Source: Antedon mediterranea (lineage: Eukaryota; Animalia; Echinodermata). Taken from it: DNA of 64,000 nt. Numbering within the stretch: the first letter of the stretch is position 1; each line of letters begins with the position of its first letter. A model generated the notes under the pieces. The model did not search any database. It saw only the letters and a list, made by a program, of their open reading frames with translations, and was not told the DNA's origin. Both the position numbers and the translations under genes were made by a program. Shown here in pieces: positions 23,301 to 36,100 of this stretch. Location of the stretch: positions 18,076,912 to 18,140,911 of the forward strand of contig NC_092675.1 in the NCBI RefSeq assembly GCF_964355755.1, given 5' to 3'.

Positions 23301-26300
23301 TAGAGGTTTCACAAAGATATTGGACCTTAAACCATGAATAAATTATGAGATACAAAAAAGACTGAGACTTTCGATAGAAAACAGCTAACGAGAACTTAGT
23401 TTAGAAAACTTTAGTATGCCTAAGCATGCACGATAGTTAATATACGGTGACAGAGTAAACTCATAACGTGGAATGATTAAAGGAATCACAAGTGATAGCT
23501 TCAAATGGAAGCATCGTTGAAGCAGAGAGAACTTATCCAGTTTGTCTTTACACCATAAAAAGGTATAAGTAAGAGAACACTGGTTTGATGCAGAGTGAGT
23601 GTAGTATATTCGGTAGAAGGGGCATGCATTCTACAATTAAATATACAGTACCTGAATGCCATCTAGATAGTTAATTGTGTCGAGCGCTACGCCATTCCTC
23701 ATCCATACTATATCTGGTGTTACTGCTTCGTCTCCTTGAATATCACATCCCAATACTAGTCTGTCACCACCTATTGCTAAGGTTTCCTTGTTTCGAAGAC
23801 CCTCGTCAAGATTGTATCCACCAACACCTGGGAAAGCCATAGTCAAATATTTGATTAATACAAAATTGAAATACATACATTGATAAGGCGAAAGAGAGAT
23901 GACACTAATTCAAGTTCATTCAAACGTTTTTTCCATGTCTAATTTCCTGTCCCGTAAACATCGTCGTTAAAACATGTATTCGCAATAATTGCATCATAAT
24001 AAACAACACTGCATAATTATCGTTGGATAACCGATGGAAGAGGAACAGACAGAACTATTAAGTGATGGTGAGCAACTGACAGTGACCTCGTATCCAGCAA
24101 TTGCTTAATGATAACTTACCAAATGTTTCAAAGAATTCATCATTTAACCACACCCCGTCCCCATTCGCGTCATGTTCTTCCAATACATCATTCATTGTAC
24201 AATGAGTTGAGATTGGCAACAAACTATCTCTTGTCATAGAAACGAGCACTTCATCTTTGCTGATGACGTCATCTTGGTCCAAGTCGTAGTGGTTGAATAT
24301 CAGACCCAGTAACAGATTCGTGGACACTGAAAAACAATGTCATTCGCTAATTAGTTAGTACAGTATAGGCTGTTTGTTTTAGGAGCGCTTACTAAATCTA
24401 ACTTTCGGAAGTTGTTGTAACAAGCGTCATAAATTTCAACAAAAAAAAACAATAAAATGAAATGTAAGCTTTCACTCTTTTTTCTGGCTGCAGTGAATAT
24501 AATGATAAATGATCTGTTATAATAATGTAGGCCTACTCATTTAAACACTGCTGTTTTCTGACCAAATTGTCTTTTTCTGCCCACTTTTGATGTGCCGTTT
24601 CTCATGTGATGTAGACTGGTTAGGCTCTGTCATGGTATAATCAGGAGAAAGGCTAATATACGAATTCGTTTATTTTTGTTTAATATAAAATAATTCGATT
24701 AGCATTAACCCGTTAATTTACCTGTATCATCAGTTGCCATATACGTATGTTGAGGATGCTTAAATTGCGTAGTGTAATGCTCAATAACTCGTTTTTTAAA
24801 TGTTTGCTTGTTGATACCTAAACAGGTCATACCTGAAAACAAAAACAAAAATGTATAGATTAAACAAATATTCCCTTTATCTACTGTGTATTGTAAGCAT
24901 TAACTATAGCACTGGAACTACCACTATTATTAGTAGATTGTCATAATATCTTAAACGTTGTCAATATAGGCCTATTGTAAGATACATGCTAAAAAATCAT
25001 TTTGAAATCGATAGTTATCAATGTTTTTGTCTGTGACTTTAATTTCTAGTCAAGTCACTAAATTACAGACTTCTGAAACTCTCTAAAAGTGAAAAGTGTT
25101 CACGAAAGTCATATGATGCCGTAGTTATATAATGATTATAAAATTTAAGATAATTATAATATAAATATAATTATGTATATTGACCGTTAATATATTAAGC
25201 AGACGTTAATTTAAACGAAATAAATTATGCGCTACTAAAGTAAAGATAGGCCTAATGTACGCGACTGAATGTTAGTCGATAACAATTTGCTCGTATAATG
25301 CCAGAGCGCCATTCATTCGCTATGAAAACTATTAAGAATACATTATTAACGAAGGTCAATAATATAAAACCTTTTCAGATAATAAAAACTAATAATAAAT
25401 TGTCATAAATTACTATTAAAATGCCATTCCAAACAACCATGTTATAAATGTACAGTTACACGTTCAACACTGTGTGCGCATTCAAAATGAGTGTACGGTA
25501 TCGTTTTGCCAAAGTGATATTAATAATTTTCTTTCTTCTTGCGTCTTTCTATGCATACACGATTAAATATAATTTTCGAAATTGGCCTAATTTTATAAGT
25601 GTAGGCCTACTTATTAATACACCGCAGATATATATATATACACTAATTCAAATTCATATTTGTTTCCTATGATTGACTTAAAAGCGAAGAAAAAACATAG
25701 TTTCTTACCTCTGCTAAAACATTCATTTGTATGATGTACCGATATTTTTGTATTACTAATACAAGCCGTCTGATGCAAGTGGCAATGGCTTTCGTACCAC
25801 TCGCCGTCTGAACCGCACGTTGGTTTCAATCGATCTGGCGGACAAGTCTTCACACACGTACATTCTGGCAAACCAAAATCATTGGTTGTGCACGTTGAAC
25901 CTGGTTGGCATGTCACCCTACGACAATCATCTGAGGAGTAGTAATTTGGGACGGATATTTTAACTCCAAATTTGGAAAGTAGAATATACAGAAGAAAATC
26001 TATTTAAGGGAACACTTTTGGGAACCAACAAAGTGAACCCATTGAGGCATGTGAACCTAATGAGGCAGAGGTTTCACGAGGGGGTTTCTCGTAATAGTAT
26101 CCATAGGTTCATGTATCTAAAGGTTGATCAAATATGATACAAATAAGGAATGTTTTTTTTTGTCTTGTGTGAGTTCATCTCACGTTTATTTAAATTCTCA
26201 TTGGTGAATATATTATATCTATATATAAATTTACGTAAGGGCAAAATTAGGTAAATCGCGCGTTATTTCTAGCGTACCATCTAGTACATATAAGTACATT

Positions 26301-27770
26301 TGTGACAATTAAAGGTAAGTGTTTAAAGTAGTTAAAATACAGGTATATTTACATAATAAGATGCTTGAATTCAGTATTAACCATATTTGTTTTCATTAAA
26401 ATTTTAGATACGATGTTAATTAAAATGTAAAAATGAAAAATGGTGGTAAAATACATGATTAAAATTTTCTTGTTAAACTATCTTATCTGTGATCTTATTT
26501 GTGTTCGAGTAGAGAGGCTATAAACTCAGGGGAGGAAAATGTAGTATCCTCCCTTTTCACCAAGATAAAAAGGATGATATGAAAAAGAGGAATGCAAAAT
26601 AATGAATGATTATGGGTGGAATAGAATAAATAATGTTATGATGTGACAAATATAAAATATACCAAATGTTCATCTTTATTTGAAACAAAATTGCAGAACT
26701 CGCGCGCATTTAACAACATTACACTCTCGATGACGTCATTAAGAGTGCAATAGAACTGTTTTTTTCAAAATATGTTACCCATAATCCTTCAATCAAATGA
26801 CAAGCATCTACTTAGGTGTTTTATAAAGTTGTTTATACGCGTAGAATCTATACGAACATACTTAGAGATACTTTTCTTTACATTATTGAATAATATTATT
26901 CATAAACACAAATTATTTATAATCAAATAACTCCAGTGATCTTGAAGGTAACGATTTTTGTAACTAATAAAGACGAAACTTAATTAGAATTCAAATCAAA
27001 AGTTTAATTGGGGTAATTATTCATTGGAGAGAGAAAAAGTAAAATGAGTGACGGTGGATGCGTTATTTTTTGCATGAGAGGTTCTTCATCAAGGCAATTT
27101 CACGCAGCACTCTTTCATAATGCACGAGTTGAGGAAAGACTAGCTTTAATAAATTATGTTATGACTCTGTAACAAATGTATAATGCATCAGGGTAGCAGA
27201 ACTGATTATATTAATATACCATTGTCCAATTGAAATAAAGGCCTCAGGCCTCGATAATTCAACATCTCATTGCGTATAGTAATCGAGCATATCGTTTTGT
27301 TACAGTATATCAAGTTTGTTTTATAAACATTCATTTATGATTTTATTATCAATTTTGCTAATAACATTTTAATCTTTAAACATTAGTTGATAATGCGTAG
27401 GAAATCTATTAAAATAATAGTAATACGAGATGATTATAAGTTGAGGACAACGATAGTGTTGATGAAAGATGGCGGTAGAGATAATGAGGATTGTATTGAT
27501 GACACTATCGTTGTGATAATAATGACCATGATGAGGAAAATAAGTAAGGAAAATTATGAAGAATGGAAAGATGATGAAAATAAATTATGACATTTTTATC
27601 TTGATGATTTGTATACAAATGACATCGTGATGATGATTAGTAAATCATAATTTTGATTAGAAGAAGATGGTATTATGAAACGCCTATAACTTGTTTGTAC
27701 ATTATTCACAAATGTTGACATATTCGTTCTTACCTGCACCCTTTGGAACACTATGTTTGCGTGCGTGGCC
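20336..27770 (-). CDS. FSTL5: Follistatin-related protein 4/5-like (FOLN-Kazal, EF-hand pair, two Ig domains, C-terminal beta-propeller); N-terminal/signal-peptide exon not located
   Basis: Phase-consistent exons 27770-27734, 25930-25709 (C..VTCQPG...CVKTCPP...PTCGSDGEWYESHCHLHQTAC), 24832-24722, 24326-24120 (DLDQDDVISKDE; DANGDGVWLNDEF), 23827-23652 and 23149-23032 (Ig: LGCDI..W..HAGNYTC), 22823-22677 and 22295-22167 (Ig: FYCNAWGVPQPTISW..TGRFIC), 21673-21399 (FYAFHKHGI..IDP..C; CIWGGAVRVRNRFIYVTQPVENRILV), 21265-20336 (stop). The domain order is that of FSTL4/FSTL5. Confidence 0.88.
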
Positions 27771-28145
27771 CTGAAAGAGAAATTTTTACGAATTATGCAA
27801 ATTAATTCAACCAAAAAAACTTAAATTTCCTACCTAATCGATCAAAGTCTATGCGTTTAACGCATCGTATTTTGTCGACTTTCTTCCGGCCGTGTGTGTT
27901 CTTGCCATAGGCATGCGTAATTACGTATCGTATCACGCATGAGTTATTGACTTATAAAGTCAGAAAATTAATGACTTTGAATATATTCGATCCCACAAGT
28001 CTGACATTAAGACACATCGATGCATATATATGGATTAATATGAGTACTCCGACAATAAACGAGATGTTGTGACCTTACCGTAAGGTCTTATCTTTATATT
28101 TAAGCGAGTTTGTACAACTGTGAAATGGGGAACAAATCAATGTTG

Positions 28146-28480
28146 AGCTCTGTCTACACTTTCAAACTGCTTTTACAAAAAAAGTGTAATGTTCCCAAAT
28201 ATGGTGTTTTTTTAAAAAACCATATTTAATGAGGTTCACAAGACAAACATATACACAAGATGCTCTACATAAACAGTCTTTGGAAGTGGAGTAATTTGGT
28301 CCTTAGAAAAAATCCTCACATGTGATGGGACTTGAACCCAGGACCCTTGGAGTGGTAGGCAAGCATCATAACCACCAAGCCACAACTCCACTCCTAAATG
28401 GAGTGATATGACATCATCATGTCCCTATATGTTCAAATCACATTTTTTCTCACATAAGGTTTGATAGTTTAGACAGAGCC
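28146..28480. mobile_element. Palindromic MITE copy interrupted by a tRNA-SINE (~28232-28394, minus strand)
   Basis: MITE halves lie on both sides; the insert has A box TGGCTTGGTGG and B box GGGTTCAAGTCCC on the minus strand. Confidence 0.75.
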
Positions 28481-28569
28481 TAAGTGAGGTAGGGTGTCCC
28501 TCCTCGTCTGTTGAAAAAAAAATGTTTTGCTTATTGTTTTATTTTCAATTACTAAATTGATTCAAATTC

Positions 28570-28800
28570 TTTTTAGTCGCGTGGACGCGACTCAATAGTT
28601 CACTATGTCGGTCGGTCTGTCGGTCGGTCTGTCGGTCTGTCGGTCTGTCGGTTTGTCTGTCGGTCCGGTATCACTATGCGTTTTATCGCTTTTCTGTACT
28701 TTTTGAAATGTTTTGATGTACAGAAAAGTTTTAAAGTACATTACTTTTTGAAAGTTCATTTTTTTCTGAGAGCACGCGACTTATGGCTGTTTGCCTTTTT
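28570..28800 (+). mobile_element. Helentron-associated (HINE/DINE-1-like) non-autonomous element
   Basis: Starts in a T-run; sub-terminal IR AGTCGCGTG (28575) / CACGCGACT (28773); partial IR GACGCGACT next to the 5' end; (GTCG/GTCT)n microsatellite; 3' hairpin GGCTGTTTGCC followed by a T-run. Confidence 0.7.
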
Positions 28801-31800
28801 TAAATAAACTTATATTACCAAATTCACTTCTAATACTGCAATACCTTTTCGAAACTCACCTTAGACATTTAATTATTTCAAAGACATACATTAAAGTTAT
28901 CTATTGTTTCAGAATATCTGCTTTCTGTCAACTCAATGGTTTATTACAGTCATTCACCATTTATTATGCATTAATATCCTCGCAGCTACAACATTTAAGT
29001 CATTAGCTTCGTTTTGAAACTAAATTATTGTCGTTTTCAATGACCTTAGTTACATTTGCTTACGTAAACCAATCAGTTTAATTCTCCTCGAATGACATTC
29101 TTTAAGTGTCTTCGCTACTTATACATCAAAATGAATAATGAAATTTGGCTAACTATGCTCTCTCTCTCTCACACACACACACGAATTAAAAGAAACAATT
29201 ATTTCGATACTGTGTATATTCGTTTACACTACTTTTTCCACAACGTTTGCACAAACTTCGAATTACAAATATAATTTCTTCAGTGAAATGCATCTATTTA
29301 TAATCAATAAACAATAATTATTTATATATGAAAGCCAAATTATTTAAAATCCTCTCTTTCTCCCAAATGTATTGCTTTTATGTATTTAGGCCGCAATAAT
29401 TATTTGCTAGAGATCTTTTTTGGAGGACCTTATTAATGCTTTCTGCATGTTAGGTTTTATACAGTGTTTCTTCAGCGTATCAAAAGGAAGAAAGTACAGA
29501 CTATAAGTACTCACTCAAATCCCGCTGCTTTTTCGATCATTTTTAAGTAATCAGGCCGTAGCCAATAAGCCCTCTAAAGAATCATAGCAATATTTCTACA
29601 GTGAAGTTTAATCATCTCACGCAAATACAACGAAGTTGTTTTCTATGTGAAATACAGATATCTTGAATTTCAAGAAGTAGGCCTAATCTGTCCGCAATCA
29701 TTTTTTCTAGATTTGTTAGTCTGTAATTACATGCACTTGATTTAGAAACATACATCTGTTTTCAATTTGGTTAATTCGATTGGATTTGTAGGAATCACAA
29801 GCATCATCTTCAAACCAATGTTAATAATAGGCCTACTGTGTTTGTAAATTATTTGTCCTAATATTTGCATGTCAGCGTTCCTATCTTTTCAAAGATAAGA
29901 ACACAACAATTTGTATAATGTATTGATATGGTATCAAAAAAATAAAACGTCGTCGATGGGCCAACAGCAGGAGCCAAGAACATTATGTAACCCTTTTTTC
30001 AAAATAGTGGAATAATATTGAGAAAAGGTCTACATACAGTTACAGAATTATAAAATCTAAAAATAACAAATAAGTACAAATACTTTTTACAAAGTTGCAA
30101 ATTACACAGAAGGCGTATGTAACATTCAAAAGAGGTCAAAACAAAGAAGAAATTGTTAACCTATGTAGGCCTAAACTAAAAAACTTCAGGAATTTACCCC
30201 AGAAAAACGCCTAGCGTCTGTGAGCACAGCTAACGCCACCAGAATGGTCACACAGAAAGCGTTGACGTCTCTCATGCCTCTGTATCATACGCTCTCCACT
30301 ATATGCTGTTAACCTGTTGAAGAAACAGAACACAGAATGCAGTGTTAATATTTATAGTCTATTCATATGGAAATATTTGTTAAATATTGTTATTAGATTC
30401 GACATATTGCAGCAGGCTGCCTGTGTATTGTTAATAACCAACCCGTGTTGCATTAATCTGACATAATTAATAACTTCCTCCTGTGTTGAAATAATCAATA
30501 TTCCTAAGTAAGAAAGTGTAATTCTTTTCACTAAGCAATAAAACATACGATATGAATGGGCCGCAGTATGTATTATATGATTTGGATGTGTGTGACGTAG
30601 TAAACGTGCATTCAATGTATTTAAATAAGAGACTTATCTAGTAACGTTGGAAAAAAATCTTTACCAGAAATGATACTATAGATCGCCTTTATGTTTTGTA
30701 TTTTGTAAAGCATTAATTACTATTATAAATCCATGCACACATGTATGGCCCTGAAAACATCAAATATGTTCTGATCGCAAAAGGCGCCTAAGAACCACAC
30801 CATTATTTAAACTACTATCACGTGATACTAAATTAACATAAGAGTATAACATTAATTGAATAACTAATAGTAATTAGTATTTCATGTAAAATTAATCATA
30901 AAGCCTTTATCGACATATATTAGTACAAAACCCAGGAATGGCATCGTAATTGTTATGAATAAATTATCATAAAGACATTGAGAATTAAATGTAAACGAAG
31001 GTGAACTTCAAAATCGAACAACTGGTTAAAATACACAATAATGATATAGCATTAATATTCAGGTAAATGTACTTTCGTAATTCATTCAAACCAACGTTGT
31101 TTGATCCGTTCAATATTAGTCATCACATTGATATCTACCTTATTATTGTATAATAAAACCGTGTGCTTCTCTATTATAACAATACTGTCGTTATTTTAAT
31201 CAAGAGGAAGTTAAATATTTTACTTTATACTATAGCATAATATAGAAAAACACATTGCCGTAATTTTGTTCTTAAATACTAATAGGCCTATAGTTTCTAT
31301 ACGTTAGTAGACAATGTATTGTGAGTCGAAGATGCTCTCTGATGGAATAGCATTCTGAGATGAAAGTGTCTCATATTGTATTTAGTCACTTATATACTTT
31401 TATATAAATGTGTTAAATAAGTAAAATCGTTACTGAATTGTTGATAAATTGCATGACATTTCTATAATATTGATGATTGACGTCGTTTCAAAATATTCAG
31501 GGAATTGAACCATGTCCATCCGATTGTTCGCTCCGTGGCAAACAATTTCATTTCGTTTTGTTCTAAAACCACACAGTCACGTACCGTACCAAAGTGACAG
31601 GTAAGTCACTCAAAATTAAAAATAAATAAACAACAACAATGTGGTTACTTTACGCAAGGACATTTTAGGCGACACTTTGGAGTTGAAAACCGTGGATTTA
31701 TATTGTGTATTCTTAAAATAATTGCCTATAGCACAATGTAATATTTCAGTGTGGGAAAATATAAAGGTCATAACCAATTATAGGCATACCTACACTTTAT

Positions 31801-31960
31801 TTTTAGGTCATAATATCAAAGTTATAAAATAATTTCTCCGGCACTTTTCATCAACAAAAGAATATCTTGATAAATTACAGAATTATGTGTCTAAAATGTT
31901 AAGGTTCTGGTAAGAAAGACAGTGAAATGTTATCAAATTTTGACGTAGTGACACATCTAA

Positions 31961-32106
31961 AGTTCTATCTATACACTATCACATTATTATGTGACAACAC
32001 AATGTGATGTGCCCATATATGGACATGATAGTGTCATATCACTACCAATTTGGAAATATCACTACCATATTTGGGGATAAAATAGTTTGGTAGTGTAGAC
32101 AGAGCT
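31961..32106. mobile_element. Palindromic MITE family copy
   Basis: Same core and TIRs as 2697-2835. Confidence 0.8.
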
Positions 32107-32940
32107 TAAGAAAATGAAATTAGGAAGAATTAAGAATTTTAGAAAGATTGAAGAGAAATATTAAGATGGTAATAGTATAGAGACAGGACTATTCCTCATA
32201 CGCCTCTTAACGCCACTTGGTAAATTATTCATTTACATTAATACAAACTATTAATTGGAGAAATGGGATTGAGTCGGAGAATAACGTTCATTATCATAAC
32301 TTACATGTTATAGAAATAATCAAATGTACAGTAATTCAATTCAGATGTATGCATATTTTAAGAGGTTGAATTCTATATATTGTGTTTAATATTCACATAT
32401 TCTCCGTACAATCCACCAGAATATAAAATCACATTAAAATCATCTAAATTGATTTCCGCAGAAGTAAAAGCATACAGGTAGGTATAATGTATTATAAATC
32501 TGACATATTAGAATATCTTTCGGCTATAGTTTAATATTCAATAACACATTGTGCATAATCCTATACTCTATTGTAGTGCTGTAGTCGTGTTGATAATGGT
32601 TTAAACATGGCAGTCAAAATTCATTAGTCTAGTGGATAGTATCATGGTATGAACATGGAGGTAGTAACACATGTTATACCTCCTCATTCAGTCACATTAC
32701 AAAGATAGATACATAAAAAGATAAATATTTACTTTTAATTCTTCTGATAATAACATTTACACATGCAATTCTTTTCGTATTGATTTCGGTATCTTGAACC
32801 ACCCTTTTTAGTGCTTCATGGTATTCCTGAACGATTATCGGTGTAACGGTACCGAGTCAGCGACTTTTCTGACGGTATCCTTGAATGAACGTCCAATGAT
32901 ACAATATCCCTGAATCAACGTTTTTGTTTCGGTATTGCTT

Positions 32941-33175
32941 CGGTATTCCAGTTAACGTTCAACTCTTCGGTATTCCAGTGAACGTTCAACTCTTTGGTAT
33001 TCCAGTTACCGTTCAACTCTTCGGTATTCCAGTGAACGTTCAACTCTTCGGAATTCCACTTAACGTTCAACTCTCCGGTATTCCAGTTAACGTTTAATGC
33101 TTACGATTCTTAAAGAACGTTTAGTGCTTACGGTATTCTTAAAGAACGATCAGTGCTTATACGGTATTCCTGAAT
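32941..33175. repeat. 27-bp minisatellite (5-6 good units plus degenerate flanking units)
   Basis: Unit CGGTATTCCAGTKAACGTTCAACTCTT; decayed GGTATTCCTGAA units extend from ~32790 to ~33245. Confidence 0.85.
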
Positions 33176-36100
33176 AATCTACGTTTTTTTGGCTTATTAG
33201 GTATTCCTGAACCAACGTTGTGTGCTTGTCTGTTATCTCTGAACTGTATTCTAGTGTCAACCACAGCAAATCTCAATGATCTATCACAAGCCCTGCAGCA
33301 GCGATTGGCAGAACACAATCAGTTCGTTTCAAGTGCTTTGAAAGAGTTTCTTTTGTGCCAGATGAAATGGAGTTTTGTTGTTGAACAACACACTTCATTA
33401 GCCGATTACAATGCCATGTACAGGTAGCTAACGATAACAACATGCAGAAGAAAATGATGCGATTACACTTTCATAAAGGTGTTTAGAAATCAGAACAGCA
33501 GTCGGTAAACTAACAAACAACCTGTGTTCTTCGGTTACTCAAGTCTCAATACTGAAAACTGAATTCTACCGAATAACTTGGATTCAATACAATACTTGTA
33601 TTGAATAAATCTAAAGCGCAATTATAGATGTTAAATTAAGATTACCGATAGGAATTAAATTCATCAAACAATTTGTTATTTGTTTAGTCAAATTACACCA
33701 CATCCGTCGAAGCAGCTACATCTGTACAAATAATACATTTCAAAATCCTATTTATTATTAATGTAGACCATACTTAAAAGTACAATAAGCGCTAGGCCAG
33801 TTTGCCGAAACCAACTTTGCCGAATCGAGTTTACCAAACAAGTTGTGTGACAGAGTGAACAGTTTCCACTGGATTCATTCTTATTGTATTATGTCTAGCG
33901 ACAAAAAAGACAGTCCCAGTATCATGACTGAAGAGATAAGATATTTTTATCTTGCCAGTCTAATGTATAAATGAAATTGAACTAATTGGGAATGTCACAC
34001 CCATAAAACGCGTGGAGTAGATAACTTAAATATTGCTATACCTCATTATACCCGAGCAAAATGGATTCGTCTTTTAAAGTTGCAGGCGGAAAAACATGGA
34101 ATGACTTGCCAGCAGATATAAATTGTTCACCCACGATTATGTCCTTTAGGCCTAAAGCTAGATACAGATCTTATTTCTTTTCATAACATTTAACTTCCAG
34201 TTTATATTTTTTTATTGTTATTATTAATAATTGTATAAGTATTTAAATGTGTATCCGTTTGTCGACAGGACCACAATGTAAAACAACGGTATTTGATTGT
34301 GTATAATCCTGTATAAATATGTTGTTAAATAAATAAATAATGACTGTTGACGACCACCTTTTCTCACGTTTTTTTAGACCGGGTGTTTATGGTTCCAATA
34401 GGAGGTTTTGATTTTAAGGGAATCCTAACAGCATCAAATAATAATCTGAAATCAATTTGGGGTACAGGGAATGGATCACGTCACATACAAACATATTAAT
34501 ATAATAATATTATCTCAATATGCTCAATGTATGTTATGTAAAGTTGAATCTCTATCTTTCAAAAATAGCAACTACGTTACCAGTACAGATTAGAAATTCA
34601 ATATTACATTTGAATAGTTAAACATATTTAAACTATTTTTAGACTATATATCAAATTCTGAAGATATGTTCACATAATGTAGCATCATCTACCTCATAAA
34701 ATGTCGCTGGAGAGATGATGAAATATTTGCGCAGATGACAGCCGATATAAATTGCAAAGATGCAATAAAAGTTAAACTGTGTAAGACTAATAAACTAGAA
34801 TTCCATACAGCTCTATATATTTAATAAATTAAAAAATGAGAAGAAAAGAGCATTATTATGAAGATGTTTATGATGTAAGCAAAAACTGAATCGTGCATAA
34901 ATTTCTTGCCTTCTTCTTACCGTATATGTATATTTAAAAATAAGTGTGTCCCGGTGTATTTATTTATTTATTATTTATATTATTATTAAGAGCTGTTAGG
35001 AACTCATTGTACTAAGACTCGATATTTATATGTAGAATGCCTTATCCTCCCTAGTGTTGTTTTAAAACTAGTTTTACTGTACTCATTTAGTCATTTTCTG
35101 AGTCATTTTTATCGGAAGTTGAATCCGAGTCTTTCTGCTACCGCAAACTTTTTACACAAATATTTTTTTTATAAAAAAATAAATATAACAATTATTTTGA
35201 ACATAAATAAAGCTCTCATTATTATCGTAATACAGTGGATTTAATTTCCTAGGTTTTATTGCAGTTTTCAAAAAGCCATCTATTTACAATCTGATCCGCT
35301 AATGCCGACTTAATTCAGACGAGTTTCGTTCAAACCCATACCATCACGTGTGGCCTAAATAGTTTATCCGCCCTGATCTTCTAAGCTTAGATTTTGCAAT
35401 ACGAAAATTAAAAGGTCTTACGGTAAGAATGAAAAAGCGGATTTTAGTGGTTATAATCACATTTAAATACTGTCGTTAGGCCTACAACTGAACTAAAAAT
35501 GAATTTATGTTTTAACTTAAGAAGAAAAAAATAACATTATTCCTTGGTCAATAAGTAAAAATTACGTGAACATTATCTATCTAAATAGAAACGCCATTAT
35601 GTTTCAGTATAGTTCACAAGTAGGTGGGCGTATACTGAGCAGTTTAACGTTTCTGTGATGGACAGTGAGTGCATTAGATATTGACACAATCGATCTGAAT
35701 GTAAACATTCACTTTTCTAAACACAATTTATAATATTGATATCAACGCCACATTAATAATTGTCAATGCTCGTTAAAAGCTTCAAACAACCTTCACCTTT
35801 ATACAAATAGAATAATATTATTAAAATTATTATTAATACAGTAGAGTAATATTGATACAGTATATAGATGAGTTGCGTATATTATTACTTTAAAGTACAT
35901 TCAGTGTCAAAGCTGTTTGTCGAAAGTTATTAAACAGAGAAATCCTGATATATGGTTATTACGTTTCAGTTCTCTTTCCTGATATATTATATTTTATATA
36001 GGCTTGTATTTTCACATATTAAACTTGTATTTCTATTGTGTGCGTAATAAAAATCGTCTTTGGTATAATAATAATACACTATTTCCAACAATATCAGAAC

